Assembly: GCF_000008565.1 (NCBI RefSeq)
Contig: NC_001263.1
Location: 311,865-343,864 of the forward strand
DNA: 32,000 nt
Direction: 5' to 3'
DNA from: Deinococcus radiodurans R1 = ATCC 13939 = DSM 20539
Lineage (GTDB): Bacteria > Deinococcota > Deinococci > Deinococcales > Deinococcaceae
Part shown: one piece after another, positions 11,532 to 19,327 of the stretch
How positions within the stretch are numbered: position 1 is the first letter of the stretch
Layout: each line of letters starts with the position of its first letter
Made by a program: the position numbers and the translations under genes
The notes under the pieces: generated by a model
The model's database searches: none
Seen by the model: the letters and a program-made list of their open reading frames with translations, nothing else
Told to the model about the DNA's origin: nothing

Positions 11532-12503
11532 TCAGGACTGCCCGAGCCAGAAGGCCAGGGCTTGCCGGGTGTAGGTTCCCAGCACGTCCACCCCCGGCAG
11601 CTCATCGGGCGCGAAATACCGCGCCTCGCTGAGTTCTCCGGCAGGGGGCCGCAGTTCGCCGCTCACGTCAGAGGCGCGGAGCAGCAAGCCCAGGCTGTCC
11701 CAGGTTTGCCCCTGCTGCTGAAAGCGCAACTCCGGCCCGGCGAGCAGGTGCAGGCGCTCGAGCCGCCTGGCCCGCAGGCCCGTTTCCTCAAGCAGCTCGC
11801 GGGCGGCACACTCCTCGAACGATTCACCGGGTTCGAGCTTGCCGCCGGGCAGCGTCCACTGGTCGGTCGCCTTATGGCGCAGCAGCAGCAGGCGGCCCGC
11901 CTCATCGGTCACCAACACGCTGCTGCCGGGCATGAACCAGAGCCGACCCCCAAGCAGGCGGCCCAGGTCGGCCCAGTACGTCGGGTCGGGCTGGCGCGGG
12001 GGCTGGGGCTGCATCGGCAATTCGGGGAGTCCGACGCGGCGGCGCAGCACGTTCAGGCTGGTGCGGTTGATGTTGCTGCTCAGCGGCGGTAGGTCGTCCA
12101 GCGCGCACCAGCGCAGCTCCAGCGTCTCGCCGCTGTCGTCGGGCTGAGCGTGGGCCAGCGCATCGGCGGGCAGCGTGCCGTGAAAGAGCGTGCCGACCAG
12201 ATACAGCTCGTGTCCGTTGGGGTAGCGGGTGTAGAGGTCGGGGCCGCTCGTCAGGCCGTCGTGGACGCCGAGCCAGGTCAGGTTCCCGCATTCCAGGCCG
12301 GTTTCCTCCTTCAGCTCGCGCTGGGCCGCCGCCAGAAACGCCTCGCCGGGGTCCAGGCCGCCGCCGGGTTCGCCCCACAGCCCGTCGTCACCGCGCTTTT
12401 GCAGCAGCACTTCGCCGCGTTCGTTCTGGATGAGCACGCCCGCCGCCACCCCCAGCAGCGGACGGTTGCCCCACACGGCGCGCAGTTTCATCAGGTCGGA
12501 CAT
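11532..12503 (-). CDS. Tandem-domain Nudix (MutT-family) hydrolase
   Basis: Two complete Nudix boxes: GGGLDPGEAFLAAAQRELKEETGL and GGKLEPGESFEECAARELLEETGL. Start ATG 12503 (MSDLMKLRAVWG). TACACT lies 6 nt upstream. Confidence 0.85.
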   Translation of the reverse strand: MSDLMKLRAVWGNRPLLGVAAGVLIQNERGEVLLQKRGDDGLWGEPGGGLDPGEAFLAAAQRELKEETGLECGNLTWLGVHDGLTSGPDLYTRYPNGHELYLVGTLFHGTLPADALAHAQPDDSGETLELRWCALDDLPPLSSNINRTSLNVLRRRVGLPELPMQPQPPRQPDPTYWADLGRLLGGRLWFMPGSSVLVTDEAGRLLLLRHKATDQWTLPGGKLEPGESFEECAARELLEETGLRARRLERLHLLAGPELRFQQQGQTWDSLGLLLRASDVSGELRPPAGELSEARYFAPDELPGVDVLGTYTRQALAFWLGQS

Positions 12504-12554
12504 GAGGGCAGTGTAGAGGCGATGGCCCCCTACCGGCGGGGAGTACAGTGGTTC

Positions 12555-14078
12555 ATGACTTCTTGGCGCTGGCGGCTGACTTTCGCGTGCGGTGCGGGCG
12601 TGTGGCTGGGGGCCGGTGCCCTGGCCCAGACAAATAAGCCGGAGCCGCTGAAAACCACTGTCCAGACCTGCGGCAGTTATCAGGTCAAGATCACCGGCAA
12701 TGGGTTCGGCGAACCGCAGGACACCCTGCGCCTGATGAAGGGCGGGCGGACCTACGCGACCTACCGCGACGAGGCTGTGTCCTTGGACTCCTGCACCGAC
12801 CTGACCGGCGACGGCGTGCCCGAGGCCATCCTGACGCAGTATTCCGGCGGGGCGCACTGCTGCACCATGGGCCAGATCTACAGCCTGACCACGCCGCCCC
12901 GGCTGCTGCTGGAGCAAGGGCTGTCCAACTCGACCGGCTGGGAGATCGTGCAGCTCGACGGCAAGGGGCCCAAGGAATTGCTGACTTCCGACTGGCGCTT
13001 TGCCTACGCTTACGGCCTGAGCTACGCCGAAAGCCCCGCGCTGCCGCAAGTTTTGGCCTACCGGGGCGGGCGCTACGTGGACGTGACCCGCGAGTATCCG
13101 GCGCTGCTGCTCAAAGGAATCCGCGCCCCACAGCCTGAGGAATCGGTCAGCGGAACCTTCCTGTCCAACTACGCCCTGTATCTGCTGGCCGGGCAACCGC
13201 AGAAGGCCGAAGCCTACCTGCAAACGCTCCCGCGCCCCGAGCGCGAGTGGCTGCAAAACTATGCCCCCGACATCCGCCAGAACCTCAGCACGGTGGGCCT
13301 GGACGACTGGCCGCAGCGCGCAGGAGGACAGGGAGGAGCGAGCTGGCGCGACCTGCGCGGCGGGGCGGGCGGCTCGTTCACCCGGCCCGGCACGCTCGAA
13401 TACCTCGGCACCACCGTCCGGCAGGGGAGGGGAACGGTGCGGCTCTACCAGCAGCGCGGGGGGCAGGTGGTCGCCTCGGCCCCACTGCTGAGCTTCCGCG
13501 AGCCTGCCGACCACCCCGAACTTGACCCGCTGGCGACCTTCACCGTGCGCCGGACCGGCGGGCGCGACGATGTGGTGCTGCGCGATGAACTCGCGGGCCG
13601 CGCCCAGCTCCGGGCCTACCGGGTCAGCCCGCAACGCCTCACCGAATTGACGGGAGACCCGCTGGGGGTCGCCGCCCGCCTGCTGAGCGACGTGGAAAAC
13701 CTGGGCCGGCAGCGTGAGCGACTGACCGACGGCAGCAGCAGAACGGACACTCAGAAGCAGGCGCTCCAGGGCCGCATTGCTGCCGCGCTGCCGCGTGCCC
13801 AGGCGTGGCAAAAGACCTACGACCCGGCCTCCAAAACCCCACTCAATCTCGCAAAATTGGGGGTCTTCAATGTCCAGAGCGTGGAAGTGTACCGCGAAAA
13901 CGCCTCCTCGGCGCTGGTCGCGGGCGTGGTCGAGATGGGTGATGTCGTGCCCGGCCAGGGCTATGTCCAACGGACGCGGCAGACCTTCGCCGTCTTCCTG
14001 GACAACAAGGGGGGCACCTGGCAGGTCACCCGCTGGCAACTGTCGCCGCGCCAGGGGGCCGGGCCGCTGGACCGCTGA
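12555..14078 (+). CDS. Secreted hypothetical protein (507 aa), no family recognised
   Basis: Signal peptide MTSWRWRLTFACGAGVWLGAGALAQ; high GC3 coding frame. TACAGT lies 5 nt upstream of the ATG. Alternative ATG at 12522. Confidence 0.7.
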   Translation: MTSWRWRLTFACGAGVWLGAGALAQTNKPEPLKTTVQTCGSYQVKITGNGFGEPQDTLRLMKGGRTYATYRDEAVSLDSCTDLTGDGVPEAILTQYSGGAHCCTMGQIYSLTTPPRLLLEQGLSNSTGWEIVQLDGKGPKELLTSDWRFAYAYGLSYAESPALPQVLAYRGGRYVDVTREYPALLLKGIRAPQPEESVSGTFLSNYALYLLAGQPQKAEAYLQTLPRPEREWLQNYAPDIRQNLSTVGLDDWPQRAGGQGGASWRDLRGGAGGSFTRPGTLEYLGTTVRQGRGTVRLYQQRGGQVVASAPLLSFREPADHPELDPLATFTVRRTGGRDDVVLRDELAGRAQLRAYRVSPQRLTELTGDPLGVAARLLSDVENLGRQRERLTDGSSRTDTQKQALQGRIAAALPRAQAWQKTYDPASKTPLNLAKLGVFNVQSVEVYRENASSALVAGVVEMGDVVPGQGYVQRTRQTFAVFLDNKGGTWQVTRWQLSPRQGAGPLDR

Positions 14079-14079
14079 A

Positions 14080-14117
14080 TGAAAACCGGCCCCGCTCCTG
14101 TTCGGGAGGGGGCCGGT
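14080..14117 (-). terminator. Intrinsic terminator of the 66-aa gene (hairpin shared with the convergent plus-strand gene)
   Basis: 9-bp stem accggcccc (14085-14093) / ggggccggt (14109-14117). The U-rich tail is only on the minus-strand side (uuuucauuc). Confidence 0.7.
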
Positions 14118-14129
14118 GAGAGGCAAGCT

Positions 14130-14330
14130 TTACTTCTTGCTGTCCTCGTCGGTCTGCTTCGTTTCGCCGCCTTCGTGGGGCACTGCGCCCAGCGTGGGGC
14201 CAAAGTTGGTGTTGGCGCCGTCGCTCACGCCGTCGGCGCGGCTGCCCTCGGGGGCAGTGATGTCGGCGGGGGCCGCGGTGTTCGTCTGATTTGTGGCCGT
14301 CTGGTTGGTGTTCGGTTTGCCTTCGCCCAT
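14130..14330 (-). CDS. Small hydrophilic, predicted disordered protein (66 aa)
   Basis: Strong SD (caggaggttccaccATG), own terminator, high GC3. Sequence MGEGKPNTNQTATNQTNTAAPADITAPEGSRADGVSDGANTNFGPTLGAVPHEGGETKQTDEDSKK has no hydrophobic segment. Confidence 0.6.
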   Translation of the reverse strand: MGEGKPNTNQTATNQTNTAAPADITAPEGSRADGVSDGANTNFGPTLGAVPHEGGETKQTDEDSKK

Positions 14331-14420
14331 GGTGGAACCTCCTGAGATTGAACTTGAACCGAGTTTAGAGATGGGGCGGGGCGGGCAGATGTGCGCTGCG
14401 TATAGGCGTTTTGTGGGATG

Positions 14421-14534
14421 TTTGCTGAACAAGTCCCCCTCACCCCAAGCTTTCGCAAAGTCCTCTCTGCGGCGCAGCTCTGCGAGTCCCACGAGGGTAG
14501 AGGGTCAGAAACACAAACCATTCCTATGTCACAT
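14421..14534 (+). repeat. Small intergenic repeat, copy 2 (same family and orientation as 11414-11521)
   Basis: Shares ccctcacccc..gc(t)ttcgcaa..cctctctgcgg.gcagctct.cgagtccca...ggtagagggtca...accattc with copy 1. Confidence 0.8.
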
Positions 14535-14591
14535 GCCCTAGGCCCAGCCGTCGGCACCTTTGCCCCCCGCCCCGCCCACTATCCTCTGCTC

Positions 14592-16463
14592 ATGTCCCGT
14601 CCTGCCCGGCAGTTTCCCGACATCCAGTCCTTCATGCGCGTGCTAGAGGAGCGCGGCGAGCTGCTGCGGGTCCGTGAGCCCGTCTCACGTGACCTGGAAA
14701 TCACCGAAATCAGCGACCGGCTGGTGAAAAAAGGCGGCCCGGCGGTGCTGTTCGAGAACGTCGTCGGCAGCGACTACCCGGTGGTGATGGGCCTGATGGG
14801 CACCCGCGAGCGCATGGCCCTGGCGGTGGGTGTGAACGACCTGGACGAGCTGGCGCAGAAAATCCGGGCGCTGATTGACCTGGGCGGCGGGGGCAGCCGA
14901 TTCGGCCTGCTGAGCAACCTGCCCAAGCTCAGGGACGCCATGAACCTGCCGCCCCGCCGCGTGAAAACGGCCCCGGTGCAGGAAGTCGTGTGGCGCGGCG
15001 ACGAAGTGGACCTGTCCAAAATTCCGGTGCTGAAATGCTGGCCGGAAGACGGCGGCCCGTTCGTGACTTTTCCGCTGGTCATCACCAAAGACCCCGAAAC
15101 CGGCGAGCGCAACATGGGCATGTACCGCATGCAGGTCATGAGCAAAAACACCACCGGGATGCACTGGCAGCGCCACAAGACCGGCACCCGGCACCTGGAA
15201 AAGGCGCGTCAGCGCGGGCAGCGGCTGGAAGTCGCGGTGGCGATTGGTGGCGACCCCGCGCTGATCTACGCGGCCACCGCGCCGATTCCGCCGGTGCCGG
15301 GCCTCAACGAATTTGCCGTGGCCGGGTATCTGCGTGGGCAGCGCTATCCGGTGGTGAAGGGGCTGACGGTGGACCTCGAAGTGCCCGCCAACGCCGAATT
15401 CGTGCTGGAAGGCTACGTGGACCCGCAGGAGGACTGGGTGGTCGAGGGGCCGTTCGGCGACCACACCGGCTTTTACACGCTGGCCGACCTCTACCCGCTG
15501 TTTCACGTGACCTGCGTGACCATGCGGCAAAATCCCGTGTACCCCGCCACCATCGTGGGCCGCCCGCCGATGGAGGACGCTTACCTCATCGAAGCGTCCG
15601 AGCGGCTGTTTCTGCCCGCCGCGCAGCTCATCGTTCCGGAAATCGTGGACTACCACATGCCGCCCGCCGGGGTCGCGCACAATCTGGTCGTCGTGAGCAT
15701 CAAAAAAGACTTTCCGGGGCAGGCCTACAAGGTCGCCAACGGGCTGCTGGGGCTGGGCCAGATGATGTTCGCCAAGGTCATCGTGGTGGTAGACGCGGAT
15801 GTGAAGGTCAATGACATGGACGCCGTGTGGCGCGAGGTGGCGGCCAAAGCGGTGCCCGGGCGCGACACCCTGACCGGACGCGGGCCGATAGACGTGCTCG
15901 ACCACTCCAGCCGCGGCTGGGGCTACGGCGGCAAACTGATTATCGACGCGACCACCAAGCGCCCGGAGGAAACCGGCAGCGGCGTGAGCAGCCGTGAAGG
16001 ACAGGCGGAGGACTTCGCGCCCGACGCACCGTTCGTGCCGTTCGCCTCCGCCGACCTGCCCACCTTCGACGGCGTGGTGGCGCAGCGGCAGACCGACGAC
16101 GGCTACTGGTTCGTTGCCCTGAACAAGACCCGGCCCGGACAGGCGCGTGAACTGGCGCAGGCGTTCGCGGTCCACCCGGCGGCGCGGGGCGTGCGGCACC
16201 TCTTGATTGCCGATCAGGACACCGACGTGAACGACGCGGGCGACGTGTGGTGGACGGTCCTGAACAACATCGACCCCGAGCGCGACGTGTGGCACCTCCC
16301 TGCCGAGGCAGGCGGCGGAGGCCTCGCCTGGGACGGCGCCCGCAAATTGCCCGAAGAAGGTTTCGTGCGCGAGTGGCCGCAGAAGATCGTGATGGACGAG
16401 GCAGTGCGCCGCCGGGTGGACGCGCTGTGGCACGTGTGGGGCTTGCCGGAGCAGTGGCGTTGA
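14592..16463 (+). CDS. UbiD-family (prenyl-FMN-dependent) decarboxylase, probably the menaquinone-biosynthesis type; 623 aa with duplicated C-terminal sub-domain
   Basis: ...PAVLFENVVGSDYPVVMGLMGTRER..., GPFVTFPLVITKDPETGERNMGMYRMQV, EGPFGDHTGFY. Start ATG 14592 (TATCCT 6 nt upstream). ORF start 14418 would run into the repeat. Confidence 0.85.
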   Translation: MSRPARQFPDIQSFMRVLEERGELLRVREPVSRDLEITEISDRLVKKGGPAVLFENVVGSDYPVVMGLMGTRERMALAVGVNDLDELAQKIRALIDLGGGGSRFGLLSNLPKLRDAMNLPPRRVKTAPVQEVVWRGDEVDLSKIPVLKCWPEDGGPFVTFPLVITKDPETGERNMGMYRMQVMSKNTTGMHWQRHKTGTRHLEKARQRGQRLEVAVAIGGDPALIYAATAPIPPVPGLNEFAVAGYLRGQRYPVVKGLTVDLEVPANAEFVLEGYVDPQEDWVVEGPFGDHTGFYTLADLYPLFHVTCVTMRQNPVYPATIVGRPPMEDAYLIEASERLFLPAAQLIVPEIVDYHMPPAGVAHNLVVVSIKKDFPGQAYKVANGLLGLGQMMFAKVIVVVDADVKVNDMDAVWREVAAKAVPGRDTLTGRGPIDVLDHSSRGWGYGGKLIIDATTKRPEETGSGVSSREGQAEDFAPDAPFVPFASADLPTFDGVVAQRQTDDGYWFVALNKTRPGQARELAQAFAVHPAARGVRHLLIADQDTDVNDAGDVWWTVLNNIDPERDVWHLPAEAGGGGLAWDGARKLPEEGFVREWPQKIVMDEAVRRRVDALWHVWGLPEQWR

Positions 16464-17095
16464 GCCTTTTTGACGAGCTGGACGTGGTGTTTGGTCCCGC
16501 TGCCCTGGCCGACGCCCTGTTCTACCGGCACTCGCCCGCACTGCGGTTTGAGTTGGAGGGCGGGAAAACTTACATCGCTCAGTTTCTGCAAGCCGTGGAC
16601 CGCGCCCGCACCGTGCTAAACGTGGCATTTGCCGGAATGGAAGCGGTAACGGCGGTGCTGGGGGTCTGGGGCGACGACCCGCCCGCGCAGCTCTGGGCCA
16701 CAGCAGAGGCGGCGCTGCACGAACTGGGGATCAAGCTGCCAGCCCCCGAGCTATCAGCCTCCGAGCTTCCAACCCCCGAAACCCGCGTGCTGCACGGGGA
16801 AGAGGACACACAGGTCCTGTTCGCCTTCACGCTGTCCACGGCTCGACTGCCCGAACTGCTGTGGGGGAGCCTCGCCGCCGATTTGGGCATTTTCCCCCAG
16901 TTGAGGGGCCGTCTCTGGCTGGCGGCGCCCGAACTGGGTCTGCTGGCGTGTCCTTACGACAGCCGGGGAATGGACATGATCGGTCCCAATACGGCGCGGT
17001 TGGCCCAGCTCTACCACCAATTTGGCGACTGGCTGCTCGACCACGACCGGGCGCGAATGGCGGAGATGTTGTCCCCCGGCAGCAAAAAACCATGA
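16454..17095 (+). CDS. DUF3885-like hypothetical protein, translationally coupled to the UbiD gene
   Basis: GTG 16454 (or TTG 16460 forming TTGA with the UbiD stop). LFYRHSPALRFELEGG near the N-terminus and PYDSRGMDMIG...FGDWLLDHDRARM near the C-terminus resemble my memory of DUF3885 proteins. Confidence 0.6.
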   Translation: MALSLFDELDVVFGPAALADALFYRHSPALRFELEGGKTYIAQFLQAVDRARTVLNVAFAGMEAVTAVLGVWGDDPPAQLWATAEAALHELGIKLPAPELSASELPTPETRVLHGEEDTQVLFAFTLSTARLPELLWGSLAADLGIFPQLRGRLWLAAPELGLLACPYDSRGMDMIGPNTARLAQLYHQFGDWLLDHDRARMAEMLSPGSKKP

Positions 17096-17141
17096 GCCAC
17101 CGGGCCTTTCCCCCGCAGCTCATGGCGCAGTCCCCTTGGGT

Positions 17142-18554
17142 TTACGGCAGGCTCGCCAGCCAGGCCGCCTGGTTGCGGTAGAAGGGGCGCACGTCCTGCA
17201 AACCGGGGATGCCGACAATCGCGGTGTGGTCCCAGCCGCTGAGCTTGCCGAGGTCGTACCACTGCCCCGGCTGAACGGGGCCGCCCGCGTAGGCGACCTC
17301 GCTCTGGCCCAATGGTGCGCCCTGGCTCTTGACCGGCACCAGGCCATCGTTTTCCCACCAAGAGGCGTCGTACTGGACCTTGCCCAGCGGTGAGCTGCCC
17401 GTCATGTTGCCGATGGTCTGGCGCATCGGCCAGGGGTAGGGCCAGGCGAGCGCGGAGAGGGGCGCGAACATCACCGGCATGGGGTAGGCCCAGCCGGTCA
17501 CCAGACCCTTGCTGGTGGCGCTCGTCGCCCACGAGGCGTAGATGGTGTGGGTGCTGCGCCCGATGAACTGGTTGAGTTCAGCCGAGCCGTCCGAGCTGAG
17601 GTCGTAGGCGGCGTTGGAGTCGTTCTTGCCGAAGTGCGAGGCCATGACCCGGTCGAAGTAGGCGTCGAAGCTCTCGCCCGCCTGACGGCGCAGGCCCCAC
17701 TGCCCGAGGTCGAAGTCGTACACCATGCTCTGCGACGAGACGCCGAGGCCCGCTGCCGCGTTCTTCAGCAGGTCCTTGAGCACCGGCACCATCGCTTGCA
17801 GGTTGTCGGTGGCCGGGGTGCCGCTGTTGGGCGTGCTGACGGTTATGACCGCCTTGACCCAGCCCACGCGCCCGCCGCGAAACAGGTTGTTGCCGTCGGC
17901 GTCGGCGGGGCTGCCGTCTTCGAGCAGCTTGACCAGCATCCGTGACGTTTGCCCGCCCATGCTGTGCCCCAGCAGGTTGATGGGGTGTGCGGCGTCCCAC
18001 TGCGGGTAAATGCCGGGGTAGCATTTCGCCTTGTCGAAGCGGTTAAACCCGTAGCGCGCCGAGTACGCGGCGCCGTAGTCCACGCAGCCGCCCTTGATCT
18101 GCGCGAACAGCTCGGCGGCCCGCTCCCAGTTGGAGCTGATGGGCCCGACGCTCGCCGCCGACACCGTGTACCCCTGGCCGCGCAGGTCGCCGACCACGTT
18201 GTAAAGGCCGCCCCAGTAGGGCATCCCCATCATTTCGTCGGTGCCCCACCCCATCAGACCGTGCACCAGAATCAGCGGCACCGACTTGTTGAGGACCTGG
18301 GCGTGCAGCGGCTGACCGCCGGGGTAGGTCTGTTGCAGGCTGCTCGCCCCGAGTTGCCCCGAGAGCGGCTCAGGCGCCTGCGCGGGCAGCGCGGCCCGGC
18401 GAGCGGCGTAGCTGTCTTGCGGCTGCCCCGCCTGGGTGATTTGCGGGGTCGGGGCGGTCTGGGAAACAGCGGCAATGGGCGGCGTGGTCTGCCCGCAGGC
18501 GGCGAGCACGGCGGTCAGGGACAGAACGGCGGCGGAACGGAGCACAGGGTTCAT
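17142..18554 (-). CDS. Secreted lipoprotein triacylglycerol lipase (alpha/beta hydrolase, Bacillus/Staphylococcus-type family I lipase)
   Basis: Lipobox LTAVLAAC. PLILVHGLMGWGTDEMMGMPYWGG and nucleophile elbow LLGHSMGGQTSRML. Start at ATG 18554 (MNPVLRS), GAGG 5 nt upstream. Confidence 0.85.
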   Translation of the reverse strand: MNPVLRSAAVLSLTAVLAACGQTTPPIAAVSQTAPTPQITQAGQPQDSYAARRAALPAQAPEPLSGQLGASSLQQTYPGGQPLHAQVLNKSVPLILVHGLMGWGTDEMMGMPYWGGLYNVVGDLRGQGYTVSAASVGPISSNWERAAELFAQIKGGCVDYGAAYSARYGFNRFDKAKCYPGIYPQWDAAHPINLLGHSMGGQTSRMLVKLLEDGSPADADGNNLFRGGRVGWVKAVITVSTPNSGTPATDNLQAMVPVLKDLLKNAAAGLGVSSQSMVYDFDLGQWGLRRQAGESFDAYFDRVMASHFGKNDSNAAYDLSSDGSAELNQFIGRSTHTIYASWATSATSKGLVTGWAYPMPVMFAPLSALAWPYPWPMRQTIGNMTGSSPLGKVQYDASWWENDGLVPVKSQGAPLGQSEVAYAGGPVQPGQWYDLGKLSGWDHTAIVGIPGLQDVRPFYRNQAAWLASLP

Positions 18555-18930
18555 AGCGACCTCGCGGCGAGAGCAGCGAGAGGTGGAAATGGAGCGGCCC
18601 ACTCACTGCACTCTGTTCAAATTTTGACTGTGTCTAAAATCTAGGTTCATGGATTGACAGCGCTCGGGCGATGGTCTAGACAGCAGCAGGCGCTGGAGGA
18701 GAGGCGGGCAAAGGAGAGTGCGGTTCCGGATGCCCGGCGGGGAAGGTGCTACAGTCCGCAGCAGGACCCCCACCCGCGCAGCTTTGTGGCCGTGTCCAGC
18801 CTGAGAGTGACCCCGCAATTCGGCGAAGTGGCGCCAGGCTGTCAGGAATTTCATTTTTCCTGCCCCCCCCATTCGGGCGACCATCGCCCCACTCCTCGGC
18901 GTCTGCGCGTGCGTGAGGCGGAGAAAGCAG

Positions 18931-19257
18931 ATGTCAGATCAGAACGAACGCCGCAGCGGCCCCCGTTCCCAGCAAAGCCGTGGCGCGCAGGGACAGCAAA
19001 ACAATCAGAACCAGCAACAGAACCGGCAGAACAATGGCCGTGGTGGGCGCCCCCACCAGAATGGCCGCCCCGGCCCCGCGCCGCTGCCCGAAGCCCGTAT
19101 GGCCTTTGGCGAGAGTGGCGACTGGGAAGCCGAACCGATTCGCAACGGCGACCGTGCGCCGCGCCAGAGCCGGGGCCAGCAGGGCAGCCGGGGTCAAAAC
19201 AGCCAGAGCCGCCAGCAGAGCCAACCCCGCAGCAGTGAGTCCCGCAGCAACGAGTCC
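18931..19257 (+). other. Q/N/R/G-rich coding-like segment with good SD, one frame off from the helicase core (probable helicase N-terminus)
   Basis: gaggcggag SD then ATG 18931: MSDQNERRSGPRSQQSRGAQGQQNNQNQQQNRQNNGRGGRPHQNG... High GC3 up to about 19257; after that, GC3 is high only in the +1 frame. Confidence 0.5.
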
Positions 19258-19327
19258 CCGCCGCCAACGTCAGGACGGACGCCAGCCGCAAGCCGCTCAG
19301 CAGGCCGACCCCGCGCCGCAGCCGACC

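Noticed and set aside
12504-14126. N-terminal two-thirds of the 864-aa minus-strand ORF 11532-14126
   Set aside because: Only the last 323 codons (from ATG 12503) encode recognisable Nudix domains. The upstream part is antisense to the signal-peptide-bearing plus-strand gene and is Arg/Gly/Ala-rich.
14418-14591. Longer N-terminus for UbiD (ORF start 14418, or ATG 14526)
   Set aside because: It would translate the intergenic repeat. The family-typical N-terminus begins at MSRPARQFPDIQSFMRVLEERGEL.
14685-16628. 647-aa minus-strand ORF
   Set aside because: Antisense shadow of the UbiD gene, which has unambiguous family motifs.
18654-18682. TTGACA-N17-TAGACA as the helicase promoter
   Set aside because: Kept only as a remark. 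The -10 is weak and I have no independent support, so it is not listed as a feature.
18980-19327. Upstream extension of the helicase frame to ATG 18980 (563-aa ORF)
   Set aside because: This stretch translates to Ala/Arg/Pro-rich sequence with poor third-position GC until about 19259. The adjacent frame looks coding and has the SD.
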